From contig CAIUMP010000030.1 of assembly GCA_903900335.1 (NCBI GenBank), positions 8,068-72,067 on the forward strand: DNA of 64,000 nucleotides, given 5' to 3'. A model generated the notes under the pieces. The model saw only the letters and a program-made list of their open reading frames with translations, searched no databases and was not told the origin of the DNA. Made by a program: the position numbers and the translations under genes. Positions 27,412 to 37,709 of the stretch are shown piece after piece (the stretch's first letter is position 1; each line of letters starts with the position of its first letter). The DNA comes from an uncultured Ignavibacteriota bacterium (GTDB lineage Bacteria; Bacteroidota; Ignavibacteria; Palsa-1295).

Positions 27412-27855
27412 ATGATCTCCCTCTCCCCCAGAGAAACCAGCCTTGCCGGACTTGCCTTCGGGCACCGCGTGATGAAGCCCGGACTCGTCATCGTCGTCCG
27501 CGGCGAGCTTGGCGCGGGAAAGACGCACTTTATCAAGGGCATCGCCGCCTCCGTAGAAATTGACGACCGGTGGATCACCTCGCCCACCTACGCGCTGGCT
27601 AACGAATACGAGTGTATGTTGAATGGCGAACCCTTCACGCTCTACCATCTCGATTGCTACCGCTTCGAAAAGCCGGAGGAGTTGCTTGAGCTTGGCGTCG
27701 AGGATTATCTTTATCCCGCAAACGCCGTGACCATCATCGAGTGGCCCGAACGCATTGAGGAGTTAATTCCTCCAACCGCGCTCGATGTAGAAATTCTTAT
27801 CATCGGTGAGAACGACCGGGAGATTATTCTTCCCGGCAAAGGACGCAAGCTCTAA
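27412..27855 (+). CDS. tsaE: tRNA threonylcarbamoyladenosine biosynthesis ATPase TsaE (YjeE).
   Basis: A P-loop GELGAGKTHF is followed by SPTYAL and the YHLDCYR motif. The product is 147 aa. Confidence 0.8.
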   Translation: MISLSPRETSLAGLAFGHRVMKPGLVIVVRGELGAGKTHFIKGIAASVEIDDRWITSPTYALANEYECMLNGEPFTLYHLDCYRFEKPEELLELGVEDYLYPANAVTIIEWPERIEELIPPTALDVEILIIGENDREIILPGKGRKL

Positions 27856-27865
27856 TCAATTCACG

Positions 27866-28495
27866 GTGATCCTCGTCCTTGATACTTCCACATCGCATCT
27901 CTCCATCGGACTCGCAACGGATGCCGGGGAGTTGCTCGCGGAGTTTGAGGCGGACGCAACTGCAGACGAACGCGGCATTCACGATGCGCGGCTTGCAAGC
28001 GAGACGGAGAAACTTCTTACCCGAAGCGGCGCGAGTGCCGAACAGATTAGTCGCATCGGAATCGTCATCGGTCCGGGAAGTTTTACGGGATTGCGGATAG
28101 GATTATCCTTTGCCAAGGGACTTGCATTCGGGACAGGCGCTGGGATTGTGGCGCTAACGCAGCATGAGGTTTTGGCAGCGTCAAGCGATGGAGGAGCGAC
28201 GTACCTGCTTACACCCGGTTATCGACCCGAACAATTATACGTGTCCGAAAGTGAAACGCCGAGAAACATTCTGCTTATGAGCAACGCAGATTTTGAAAAG
28301 CTTCCCGCTCGACCGATCGTTGCCCATTCCCTGCTCAAAAACACTTTCAGTCCCTCCCTTCGCTGGGTGTCCCTTGCTCTCGCGCCTACAATAATCGCCC
28401 GCCTCACCGCAAATTCCGAGATCGTCCTCGTTGGCAACACTCTCGATAGCTTAGAACCGCTCTACATCACTGAATTCCAACCAGGAAAGATGTAG
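27866..28495 (+). CDS. tsaB: tRNA threonylcarbamoyladenosine biosynthesis protein TsaB (YeaZ).
   Basis: ILVLDTSTSHLSIGLA and IGPGSFTGLRIG are the YeaZ motifs. An in-frame GTG at 27866 is the likely start, since the track ORF from 27806 overlaps tsaE. Confidence 0.7.
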   Translation: MILVLDTSTSHLSIGLATDAGELLAEFEADATADERGIHDARLASETEKLLTRSGASAEQISRIGIVIGPGSFTGLRIGLSFAKGLAFGTGAGIVALTQHEVLAASSDGGATYLLTPGYRPEQLYVSESETPRNILLMSNADFEKLPARPIVAHSLLKNTFSPSLRWVSLALAPTIIARLTANSEIVLVGNTLDSLEPLYITEFQPGKM

Positions 28496-28505
28496 TTTCG
28501 GATCC

Positions 28506-29288
28506 CTACTTCGCGGCAGTCCAATCGATCCGCTTTACCTTCTCCAGCACCAGCGAGATTGAACCGACCGCGATACTCATGTCGATGCGAACCGGAATCG
28601 CCGCAGCATCATCGGAGACATAGACCGTAAAGGCCCCATTGGCACCGAGCGGAGAACTCGATCCCATATCCGCTTGACCTTGCAATATACGTGTGCGAAC
28701 CTCTTTGTCATCCAAAGCCGGCACTGCTTCTTTCGAGAAGTCATTGGTGAATTTTACCGTGACCGTCTTCTCCCCATCCTTCCCGCGTAGCGGAAATTTG
28801 TAGGACTTTCCTGCGGCTCCGCTCCAAGAGCGCATGTTATATACCAGTGTCAGGGCGTCGCTGAACGGTTCGATGCCGGTGGTAATCTTGTTCTTGATTT
28901 TATCATCAGAGTAATTCAACGACTTGGATGCCAGGTCATACGTCATCTGCTTATTCGTCAGATTATCGCCATTCTGCGATTTCTCCGTAAACTGCGTCAA
29001 AAATAAGCCTTTGGTATCTATCACATCCGTCACCGTGGACTTAGTGTCAAGGAAGGGCACATCAGCGGTCCAGAACTTCAGTCGCGCACTTGCACGGCCA
29101 TCTGCGGAGATCCCACCCGTTTGGATCACCACGGTACCTAACTTCACGAAGCCGTACTTGACGTTGTAGACAAGCTCCTCCCCCGGCTGAAATACATCCT
29201 TCCGAATTTGGGCTGTTACTGACGCAAAGCTTATCGATATGATCAACCCCGCAAGGGCGGTTGCTGCAAACTTTCCGAAGATTCTCAT
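28506..29288 (-). CDS. DUF3108-like secreted protein.
   Basis: It has a signal peptide, MRIFGKFAATALAGLIISISFASVTAQ. FQPGEELVYNVKYGFVKLG is a motif I recognise from Bacteroidota DUF3108 proteins. The product is 260 aa. Confidence 0.5.
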   Translation of the reverse strand: MRIFGKFAATALAGLIISISFASVTAQIRKDVFQPGEELVYNVKYGFVKLGTVVIQTGGISADGRASARLKFWTADVPFLDTKSTVTDVIDTKGLFLTQFTEKSQNGDNLTNKQMTYDLASKSLNYSDDKIKNKITTGIEPFSDALTLVYNMRSWSGAAGKSYKFPLRGKDGEKTVTVKFTNDFSKEAVPALDDKEVRTRILQGQADMGSSSPLGANGAFTVYVSDDAAAIPVRIDMSIAVGSISLVLEKVKRIDWTAAK

Positions 29289-29968
29289 TGATTATAAATT
29301 ACGCTGCAGTATGTTACCGCAATAGACTTGAGATTGTTTCCGCTGCACAGGTCAATTTACTATCACCGTACGATTTCCACAGGAATCAAACAGCCGCGTT
29401 GAAACGCATGTCAAAGTTTTTTGTGGCCGTGTGTTCATTTGAAATTCATACTTCTCTGCTGTAAGACAACTTTTGGTTTTCTCAATTCGAGTTCCCGTGG
29501 TTTTTGCAAACACTTGTTTCCCCAGGAGAAGGAAATCTTGCAGCCGACCTACGTGTCCATGGGAAATTCCGTATGCGCGTTTTCGGATTCACAAGCGAAG
29601 AACCTGACCCCGCGACTCCTGAATTCAGAGGCCCGATTTCATGAGAGCTCCTGCCTCGTGACTCTTCAAAATTCCTGCCTGGCAGTCGATTCATAACTTT
29701 TCCACACAAACGGGATTTTTTTTCGCTAACTCCGTGTAACAAATGGGCAATGTCACGTGTCGTAGGCAATGGCGAGGTGTCGCCCTATTGTCGTCTGCTT
29801 GATTTTGCGACAAGATCCCGTTCTTAGTCCGTGTCTGTTTTTTGAAAAATGTGTAACATTGATCGATAGCGTCTTTGCAACCCGTCGCTATTGATTCGGC
29901 TCTGTTTCGGTTGCGACGTACAATCTAGAATTGTTCTGTCTTCCGACTTCTAACTTACTTTATTAACC

Positions 29969-32932
29969 ATGAAAACTCGTTTACTGAGTCTTGCTTCCGC
30001 AATTCTATTGCTGGTGGCCCTTCTGATTCCGGCCTCTTCTCGGGCCTCAACAACCACGATCCTGTACTCTCAGGATTTCAGCAGTGCAACCTTCCCCCCG
30101 GCTGGCTGGTCGGGCAACATCTTGGGAAGCAGCTTTGGATGGTCACGCAGCACGGGCGGCCTTAACGGGCTTAATGGCTCCGCTGTCGCGACGACGAGCT
30201 ATTCCAGTGACTACCTATGTTACGGATCGTCGTACGGCCCATTGACCCTTTCCACTCCTGCTGTTAACGTCTCGGCGTTCCCAGCGGGCGATACCCAGTT
30301 CGTGGATTTCGACCTCTACATGCCTCAGAGCTATTACGAGCTCTACTATGCTCCCCAGATCGGTGCGGTAGTCGACGTTATTCCGAATGGCGGAACCTCA
30401 ATCTTGACACTGAAGACGAGCGTTGCAACAAACTGCACATTTTATGATGGATCGTACGGTTCGGCAACAGATCCCTCCGGCTACACTTCCTCCATCTACT
30501 GGATGCACTACCACCTTGCTTTGCCAACTGGCGTAAGCACCCAGAACGTTACCTTCAAGATCAGCGAACTTTACACGAGTTGCTACTACGGCACGTGGTA
30601 CACCGATGACATTGCCTTCGACAACGTTGTGATCACGAATGTTCATTATGACCTCCTGAACCTCATCGGACCGCTGACCCTGACGTTTGCCAACCAGCCG
30701 CTTGGTACGCAATCGAATCCCCAGTATGTCAAGTTCAAGAACGTCGGCAACAGAATTTACAATCTGACCAACTATTCCTTGGGCGGCGCTAGCCCAAACC
30801 AATTCTTGATCACGCGCAGCCCGGCGACGATCGCTCCAGGCGTGACAGATTCTGCAGCGGTTGTATATCAGCCGACGTTTGTTGGCTCCAAATCTGCGAC
30901 CTTGGTCTTCAACACGGATGCCGATAATAACAAGAACGTTTCAATCACGTTGAACGGCTTCGGTGTCGCCCCACAGATCGGACTACCTGCCAATTTAGTG
31001 CTCTTCGCCAAGACGCACACGAGGTTCAGACAGTCTATTACTCAATCGTTCGCCGTCACTGCACTCGGTACGGTACCACTTACGATCGCACCGCCACCAG
31101 CAACGTTTATCGGCGGCGATTATCCGAATGAATACACGATTCTCCGCTACCCGAAGAACCCCATTGCTCCCGGCAGTACGGACACCTTTACGATTGCTTT
31201 CACTGGCATGATCGAAGGCTCCACCTCCGGCACGTTGTTTATCGCGAGCAATGCGTCCAATGGGACACAGCAGGTTCCGCTTCACGGCGTTGGCGTTGTT
31301 CCACGTCTTGTCATCAACAATGTGTATAATCCATTCGGTAATTCGATCGCGATGCCGTTCGACTCTGTGAACGTTGGTACGCAGAAGATGAAGCAGATGT
31401 CGTTCTATAATCCAGGAACGGACACCCTGTTGCTCTTGAAGAATTTCCTCTCGAGCAAGGATTTTGACTTCTCCATTACGCCGCTCTCGGGCACAGACAC
31501 CGTGCTTGCACCTGAGCAGACCAAGATGATGAACGTGTATTTCACGCCGTTGCGCAATGGCTTCCGCACTGCAACGTTCCGGGCAGCCACCAACATCCCA
31601 GTGACCTTCCCCGTGAACCCACCGCTCGCTCCGAACACGTTCGGCCCAGATACCAGCGGGTTTAATGTCGTCCTCACAGGCACAGGAGTACCGTTCGGCA
31701 GCCTTGCAATCACTGGACAGGCCATGGACAGCGTGGAGATAGGCAAGCAGATCTGCATGAACGACACACTCCGGAATACCGGCTCTGCGAGCGTGAACGT
31801 CACCAAGGCAATGCTCTCTGGCGGCGACTCCGATCAGTTCACTTTCTCAGGTCTCCCGGCGTTCCCATTCTCGATCAACGCTGGCGGCTCTGTCGCATTC
31901 AACATCTGCGCGACACCGAAGACGGCAGGCAGCCACTCGACACTCTTCACCGGTATCGGTGCAACTGGTGACGGCTCCGGTATTGCTGCTCCGTTCCCGG
32001 TGTCCGTGTACGGTCAGAAGTCCTGCGCAACCGCAGCGGCTTCCACACCACTTCCCGCTGTGACTTGCGTCTGCTCGAATGGTGACACGGCAACGATCAC
32101 CGTCACGAATTGCGGCGAGATCGGAACAGCATACACCGCTTCAATCACTGGCGCAAATGCAGCTGATTACGCGATTGTCGGTTCTGCAGTCTCCCCAGTC
32201 GAAGGCGCAGGCAAGGTTGCGACGTACAAGGTTGCTTATCATCCAAGTGCTCGCGGCACTTCCGTTGCAAACTTCGTCGTCACTGGCGGCCCAGGTGCAA
32301 CCCTCGCACTAACTGGCAAGGGCGGCGCTCCGAACATCAGTGGCACAGCCACAGCACCTGTGACCTCGAATGGCTCGACCAGCAAGCCGTTCACGGTTAC
32401 TGTCACGAACAGCGGCGAGTGCGCCTGGACGCCTGGCACGCCAGTGCTTCCTCCGGGATCAGCATTCACCTACACTGGTGCAGCATCCGAAGGAACGACA
32501 TCGATCGGACCAGGCAAGACTGGCACATTCACGTTTACGTTTTCCCCGACAACGACTGGCAACCTGAACACGTCGGTCACATTCCCGAATGCATCGTGCA
32601 CTTCGATTCCAGCAGCAGCCGTTACACTTTCCGGCAGCACGCTTAGCGTATCTGAGGCCACAGCACAGTTGGGTTACAGCATCGAGCAGAACTACCCGAA
32701 TCCATTCAGCCATGAGACATCCATCGCGATGACTCTGCCGAAGGATGACATGGTCAAGCTCACGATCATCGACCAGACCGGACATGTCGTCCGCACGGTC
32801 ATGAACCAGAGAATGACTGCTGGTACGTTCAATGTCTCGATGAACGCCGACGAGCTTGCAAGCGGCACGTATTACTATCAGATGTCCACCAGCACCGTTA
32901 CGCTGACCAGACAGATGGTTATTGTGAAGTAA
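29969..32932 (+). CDS. T9SS-sorted multi-Ig/ASH-like repeat protein with an N-terminal MAM-like (choice-of-anchor-J-like) domain.
   Basis: A signal peptide is followed by QDFSSATFPPAGW...WYTDDIAFDNVVI. Beta-sandwich repeats carry TNCG motifs. The C-terminus is a T9SS sorting domain: IEQNYPNPFSHETSIAMTL...SGTYYYQMSTSTVTLTRQMVIVK. It is a paralogue of 43054-45279. Confidence 0.8.
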   Translation: MKTRLLSLASAILLLVALLIPASSRASTTTILYSQDFSSATFPPAGWSGNILGSSFGWSRSTGGLNGLNGSAVATTSYSSDYLCYGSSYGPLTLSTPAVNVSAFPAGDTQFVDFDLYMPQSYYELYYAPQIGAVVDVIPNGGTSILTLKTSVATNCTFYDGSYGSATDPSGYTSSIYWMHYHLALPTGVSTQNVTFKISELYTSCYYGTWYTDDIAFDNVVITNVHYDLLNLIGPLTLTFANQPLGTQSNPQYVKFKNVGNRIYNLTNYSLGGASPNQFLITRSPATIAPGVTDSAAVVYQPTFVGSKSATLVFNTDADNNKNVSITLNGFGVAPQIGLPANLVLFAKTHTRFRQSITQSFAVTALGTVPLTIAPPPATFIGGDYPNEYTILRYPKNPIAPGSTDTFTIAFTGMIEGSTSGTLFIASNASNGTQQVPLHGVGVVPRLVINNVYNPFGNSIAMPFDSVNVGTQKMKQMSFYNPGTDTLLLLKNFLSSKDFDFSITPLSGTDTVLAPEQTKMMNVYFTPLRNGFRTATFRAATNIPVTFPVNPPLAPNTFGPDTSGFNVVLTGTGVPFGSLAITGQAMDSVEIGKQICMNDTLRNTGSASVNVTKAMLSGGDSDQFTFSGLPAFPFSINAGGSVAFNICATPKTAGSHSTLFTGIGATGDGSGIAAPFPVSVYGQKSCATAAASTPLPAVTCVCSNGDTATITVTNCGEIGTAYTASITGANAADYAIVGSAVSPVEGAGKVATYKVAYHPSARGTSVANFVVTGGPGATLALTGKGGAPNISGTATAPVTSNGSTSKPFTVTVTNSGECAWTPGTPVLPPGSAFTYTGAASEGTTSIGPGKTGTFTFTFSPTTTGNLNTSVTFPNASCTSIPAAAVTLSGSTLSVSEATAQLGYSIEQNYPNPFSHETSIAMTLPKDDMVKLTIIDQTGHVVRTVMNQRMTAGTFNVSMNADELASGTYYYQMSTSTVTLTRQMVIVK

Positions 32933-32960
32933 TCGACAAGAAGTAGAATCTTAGGCTTCA

Positions 32961-32992
32961 AAGCCCCTCCGTTTTCGGAGGGGCTTTTTTTG
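32961..32992 (+). terminator. Rho-independent terminator after the 987-aa gene.
   Basis: AAGCCCCTCCG-TTTT-CGGAGGGGCTT is followed by a T7 run. Confidence 0.8.
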
Positions 32993-33191
32993 TGGTTTCA
33001 GAAAAGTTTCTCTGTGCAATGGAGTTGGGCTTCTTCTTGGCAAAGTTGTTGTTAAGAATACTGTTTGGCAATAGAAGGGAAGGCATCACTTTTCAAAACA
33101 CCTCCTTTCGCTGACCTCAGCGGTCAGTTGACCAAAATCTAAATGATCGCGTAAGTCGATCAACCACATTTGGCAGGACTTCAGGACAGGA

Positions 33192-33521
33192 ATGTCTTCG
33201 CGTCCGCCAGAAATGGACAACAATCCAGCAGGAGCAATTATGGAACACGAACAGGGACAACACGAAGCCAGCACGAGTGAAGTAACCATCGCCGCACGCG
33301 ATTACCGCGACGACCTTCGGGACTTGCTCGACCGCGCTCACGATGATCGCGGCCTCACCCGCTATCGCCTGTGCAAGCAAATGGGCATAGACAGCGGCAC
33401 GCTTTCCAACGTGCTCGCCAAGCGCCGTCACTTCTCGCTTGAGAAGCTCGAGCAGATCCTTGGCCTACTCGGGTATCGCCTCTCATTTTCCGAGGTGGAA
33501 GGTGGGGCACCGAAGGCGTAA
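33192..33521 (+). CDS. XRE/Cro-C1-type helix-turn-helix transcriptional regulator.
   Basis: GLTRYRLCKQMGIDSGTLSNVLAKRRHFSLEKLEQILGLLGYRL is a classic HTH_3 pattern. The start may be an internal Met. Confidence 0.6.
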   Translation: MSSRPPEMDNNPAGAIMEHEQGQHEASTSEVTIAARDYRDDLRDLLDRAHDDRGLTRYRLCKQMGIDSGTLSNVLAKRRHFSLEKLEQILGLLGYRLSFSEVEGGAPKA

Positions 33522-33662
33522 ACCCGTTTCCGCGATTCAACAGACATCGCCGTGATCCTCCAAAGGAGCTAGTGAGCCAAAAGCCGGCCTCCCCTTGGAG
33601 AGGAATGACTCCGGATTGCTTTTAAGTGCAATGCGGAGAGTAATACCATGTAGAAAAAAATA

Positions 33663-33697
33663 GACCTCGGCTCTCATTCGGGGAGTGAGCCGAGGTC
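33663..33697 (-). terminator. Rho-independent terminator after the NarL-family regulator gene.
   Basis: An 11-bp perfect stem GACCTCGGCTC/GAGCCGAGGTC with a 13-nt loop is followed on the minus strand by UAUUUUUUUC. Confidence 0.7.
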
Positions 33698-33894
33698 TGG
33701 TCCGTCAATATGTGGGAGAGAAAAGGTACGAAATAGAGGCCGAAAAGTCTTCACCGACGAATCTCTATTTCGTGATACAAAACTACGAATTTACCCCTGC
33801 GCGGCGCAATCAGTAGATTGAGGTTTCTACTGTGGGATTTATGACCTTACGTCGTAGGAAGGAGTCCTACAATACTCTGGGACAACTCTTCGCT

Positions 33895-34539
33895 TTAGGC
33901 CACTATTCCGTCGAGGAGCTTGTAGCGTATTGCATATTGGGTGAATTCCGAGTTATTTCGCAGACCCATTTTCTCCATGATGCGCGTCCTGTTGGTCGAG
34001 ATCGTCTTGATGGAGAGGGATAGCTCATCGGCGATTTCCTTAACAGTCTTGCCCGACGCGAGCATGCGAAAAACCTGGAACTCGCGGTTGGAGAGGATTT
34101 CGTGTACATCGGGCCCTTTGTCTCCAACCATGCCGAATACCAGCCGCTCGGCCAGAGGCATGCTCATGTACTTCCCCCCGGCCGCAACTTTCCGAATCGC
34201 AAAAATGAGCTGTTCCGACGCACTTTCCTTCGATACGTACCCCGCAGCACCCGCCTTGATCATTCTGAGAGCATATTGATCCTCCGGGTGAAGGCTAAGG
34301 ATCAAAACTGGGAGATCGGGAAGATCCCGTTTCACCTCCAGCAGTACATCGAGCCCAGAACGGCCCGGCATGGAGATATCGAGCAATAAAAGGTCGAGCG
34401 GAATTCTGCGCACTTTATCGAGCGCCTCCGCAGCGTTTGCGGCCTCATCGACAACTATGATGTCGCTTGTCTGTTTGACGATCTGCTTTAGCCCTTCGCG
34501 GACAATAGCGTGATCGTCTGCAATTAGTATGCGTATCAT
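33895..34539 (-). CDS. NarL/FixJ-family response regulator (receiver plus LuxR-type HTH).
   Basis: MIRILIADDHAIVREGL...LLLLDISMPG is the receiver domain. The C-terminal EILSNREFQVFRMLASGKTVKEIADELSLSIKTISTNRTRIMEKMG is a LuxR HTH. Confidence 0.85.
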   Translation of the reverse strand: MIRILIADDHAIVREGLKQIVKQTSDIIVVDEAANAAEALDKVRRIPLDLLLLDISMPGRSGLDVLLEVKRDLPDLPVLILSLHPEDQYALRMIKAGAAGYVSKESASEQLIFAIRKVAAGGKYMSMPLAERLVFGMVGDKGPDVHEILSNREFQVFRMLASGKTVKEIADELSLSIKTISTNRTRIMEKMGLRNNSEFTQYAIRYKLLDGIVA

Positions 34540-34800
34540 GGCGATTTGGACTGCCTCCAGTTCAGGCCAGCGTACGAACGTGACGCTGCCTACTCGTGCC
34601 CATTTGGGGTACCGCGTGAGTGCTCACTTGCGATACCCAGACTCCATATTGACGATATCCGTGGTACCGCTACGACGGCCCGGATGGAAGTAGCTTTGCA
34701 AAATACGAACATAATTGAACGAGACCCTAATTCCGGTAAATGAAACTCCATTCATGGTGGCTCGTACCCCTAACGTTAATTGAACCACCTCAACAGATCC

Positions 34801-35547
34801 ATGAAAATAGAACGATCACTCCGCATTGCGACCCTGCTCGTTGTAGCAGCACTCATGCCGTTTTTCACAGCATGCAATCGGCTTTGGTCGGACATTGAGC
34901 CTGTCAGCGGCAGCGGACACATTGTGAACTCCGGCAGAGACGTGCAGCCGTTCGATGCCGTTGAGTTCGACGGGGGATTCGAGGTTATCCTTACCCAGTC
35001 ACCTGCTACCACGCTGCAGATCGAGACCGATAGTAATCTGCTCTCGTACATCAAGTCCGAAGTGGAGTCCGGAAAGTTGGTGATCCACTCCGAAGGGAAT
35101 TTGCATCCCACGAAAGATATTATTCTCCACCTGTCATCGCCTGCCTATCGGTCGATCGAAATTGCGGGTTCCTCTCAGGTTCATGCCACCACCCCGATTA
35201 GCTCGAATGATCTCAGCCTTGCAATACACGGTTCTGGCGTGTACGATATGGAGGTGCATGTGGGGAAGCTCCACTCCGATATCGCTGGCTCCGGCAAATT
35301 CCTTCTACACGGTTCCGCCTCCTCGCACATTATCGACGTTGCGGGATCAGGTGACATCCATGCCGATTCGCTACAGACTGAATCAACGAAGGTAGATATT
35401 TCCGGTAGTGGGAAGGCCGTTCTGCAGGTCTCTCGCGAGTTGGATGCCACCGTATCGGGCTCTGGTCATGTTCGTTACAAAGGCAGCGTTAGCCAACTGC
35501 ACACCAGCATTGCCGGAAGCGGCAGCGTAGAGAAGATTGCAGAGTAG
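34801..35547 (+). CDS. DUF2807 (putative autotransporter-adhesin head, GIN domain) lipoprotein.
   Basis: The lipobox is FFTAC. Repeated beta-helical SGSG units occur (IAGSGKFLLHGSASS, VAGSGDIHADS, ISGSGKAVLQVS, VSGSGHVRYKGS). The likely start is ATG 34801 (MKIERS). Confidence 0.6.
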   Translation: MKIERSLRIATLLVVAALMPFFTACNRLWSDIEPVSGSGHIVNSGRDVQPFDAVEFDGGFEVILTQSPATTLQIETDSNLLSYIKSEVESGKLVIHSEGNLHPTKDIILHLSSPAYRSIEIAGSSQVHATTPISSNDLSLAIHGSGVYDMEVHVGKLHSDIAGSGKFLLHGSASSHIIDVAGSGDIHADSLQTESTKVDISGSGKAVLQVSRELDATVSGSGHVRYKGSVSQLHTSIAGSGSVEKIAE

Positions 35548-35559
35548 ATCGTTCCTGAG

Positions 35560-36231
35560 TTAGAGCGCATCGAAGATAGATCCACTTCGCATTGAGCGCC
35601 CGGTCATTCCAGGCAGGTGCTCCACAAAGTAGACCTGGAAGAATCCCCGCAAGTGCTGCTGTGCGTCCTCCCCGATGTACAGCTCACACGCCTCCGTGAT
35701 CGAAACGTCTTCCAATGCCATGATTGCTTCCTTCGATTCGTGCGGCATCGCTCCGCGGGTCAGATGGTCCAAACCGAAACCAATCAACCGGATGAAATGT
35801 GTATAGAATCGAAATTCAAGTGGAGCGATGTTGGCGTTACCCGGTGCCTTGGCGAGCTCCCGAAAGGTCTCAGCCATCAAACTGAAGAGTGAGGGATTGG
35901 GGTCTTCATCGTGCATTGCCCGAAGTACAAGTTCGGAAATGGACATTGCTGGCCCGATGCGATCCAAACTTTGGAGAATTCCAGAATGAGAATCTACGAG
36001 ATCCGATTTCGCCAACAGGTAGAGACCGGCCTCTGGTCGTTCCTTTTTGTAGAAGACAACGCTCGTTCTTGCAAACATCTCTAGTGAGCCGCCAAACTTG
36101 CTTTTCATCTCCCGAGCACCCTTTGCTATCACATTCACTTTGCCAAAATCACGTGTGAAGAGCGTGGCGATCTTGGATGTCTCGCCTTGCTTACGAGCGC
36201 GCAAAACGATAGCTTCCGAAGTGACAATCAT
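35560..36231 (-). CDS. recO: DNA repair protein RecO.
   Basis: The N-terminal OB-fold reads MIVTSEAIVLRARKQGETSKIATLFTRDFGKVNVIAKGAR. The length and architecture are typical of RecO. Confidence 0.8.
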   Translation of the reverse strand: MIVTSEAIVLRARKQGETSKIATLFTRDFGKVNVIAKGAREMKSKFGGSLEMFARTSVVFYKKERPEAGLYLLAKSDLVDSHSGILQSLDRIGPAMSISELVLRAMHDEDPNPSLFSLMAETFRELAKAPGNANIAPLEFRFYTHFIRLIGFGLDHLTRGAMPHESKEAIMALEDVSITEACELYIGEDAQQHLRGFFQVYFVEHLPGMTGRSMRSGSIFDAL

Positions 36232-36381
36232 CTTTTTTGGGGTTCCGAGAGATTTATGTGTAACCCTTCGACAGGCTGAGCGTTTTTAAACCAAGGGGTT
36301 CCTCAATCAATTCGGGGGGAGGGACATATTGCGCGGTATCGTTGTGGTCCGCGAACACGTTTGCATCGTATCGGCATTATC

Positions 36382-36789
36382 ATGAAGATTATCACCGGTT
36401 TTCTGGCTCTTGTATTACTAAGCATACTCGTCCTCTCTTCCTGCGCACCGGATCCGAATACGGAGCAAGCCGTGCCAATCACGCTCTCGGTGAGCCCGTT
36501 GAGACTCAATCTCAGCTCGCCAGCCGATACGCAGTCCACACGAGTAAGCCTTAGTTGCGGGTGTGATTTCACCCTCGTCTTCAAACCTCTTAGCGGTGAT
36601 ACCACGAAGATCCAGAGCTCTGGCATACCAGCCTACAGCGTTTCCACATCTCCTCACGCTGTTCGCTTCTATGCTGCTTCGACCACCCCGAAGGGCTCCT
36701 ACTCGGCAAGTTACGATATCGCTGTCTATGAGGACCACGCCGCAAAGTATTTGCACGATACCGTGGTCGTGAATTTGAACGTCCCCTAA
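36382..36789 (+). CDS. Small hypothetical lipoprotein.
   Basis: It starts MKIITGFLALVLLSILVLSSC (lipobox LSSC) and is about 135 aa. Confidence 0.4.
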   Translation: MKIITGFLALVLLSILVLSSCAPDPNTEQAVPITLSVSPLRLNLSSPADTQSTRVSLSCGCDFTLVFKPLSGDTTKIQSSGIPAYSVSTSPHAVRFYAASTTPKGSYSASYDIAVYEDHAAKYLHDTVVVNLNVP

Positions 36790-36824
36790 TAGACCGCTAA
36801 GTTAGTTACTCCGCCCACCACCAA

Positions 36825-37709
36825 CTAGATCCTACTTAACTCCGCGAATTCGTCCGGGGTTAGCTGGATCGATGCCGCTGCGATATTTGCTTCCAGATGT
36901 TCAATGGAAAGTGTACCTGGGATCGGAAGCATCGCTGGGGACCGCTGCAATAGCCATGCTATCGCGATCTGGACGGTGGTTACCTTGTGCACAGCGGCAA
37001 TTCGCTCGATCACCCCTTCGCCAGGTTTACCTTTGACGATTGGATACCACGGAATGAACGCGAGTCCATTGAGCTCGCAATATTCCACGACCGATTCGTG
37101 CTTGCGCTGAAGAAGATTGTACTCATTCTGAATGGACACGATCTCGGCCACTTTCCTGGCGCGCTCGATTTGTTCAACGGTCACATCGGACAAACCAATG
37201 TGCCTGATCTTCCCTTCATCCTGCATTCGCTTGAGGCAGCCGACAGTATTCTCAATCGGAATCGCCTTATCGATGCGATGCAATTGGTATAAATCAATTC
37301 GCGACACCTTTAGCCGCTCAAGACTTCCTTCGACTGCGTTCCGAAGATATGCAGGATCGTTCTGCACCGAGTAATCCATCGGATGCATGCCGCCCTTCGT
37401 CGCGATGACAAGCCCGTTCGGATAGGGCGCAAGCATGTGGCCGATTGTTGACTCACTCTCGTGACGCTGATACATATCAGCCGTGTCAATGAAGTTCACA
37501 CCCAGTGCAACAGCCCGGTGAAGCAACTCATGAGCACCAGCGTTATCCTTAATGCGATTTGTCCCTAATCCGATTCGGTTGACCAGGAGGCTACCAACCT
37601 GGATTGTTCCTGCTGCCAAGGCGGTGAGAGTGGTATTCGGCATTCTGTGTATTAGTTGGAGTGTGAGATCATCCGGGCGGTGGTGCCGTAGTGTCCCTTT
37701 TGTATCCAA
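36825..37709 (-). CDS. Aldo/keto reductase family oxidoreductase.
   Basis: LGTNRIKDNAGAHELLHRAVALGVNFIDTADMYQRHESE is the AKR active-site region. The true start is possibly the internal ATG at 37643. Confidence 0.8.
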   Translation of the reverse strand: MDTKGTLRHHRPDDLTLQLIHRMPNTTLTALAAGTIQVGSLLVNRIGLGTNRIKDNAGAHELLHRAVALGVNFIDTADMYQRHESESTIGHMLAPYPNGLVIATKGGMHPMDYSVQNDPAYLRNAVEGSLERLKVSRIDLYQLHRIDKAIPIENTVGCLKRMQDEGKIRHIGLSDVTVEQIERARKVAEIVSIQNEYNLLQRKHESVVEYCELNGLAFIPWYPIVKGKPGEGVIERIAAVHKVTTVQIAIAWLLQRSPAMLPIPGTLSIEHLEANIAAASIQLTPDEFAELSRI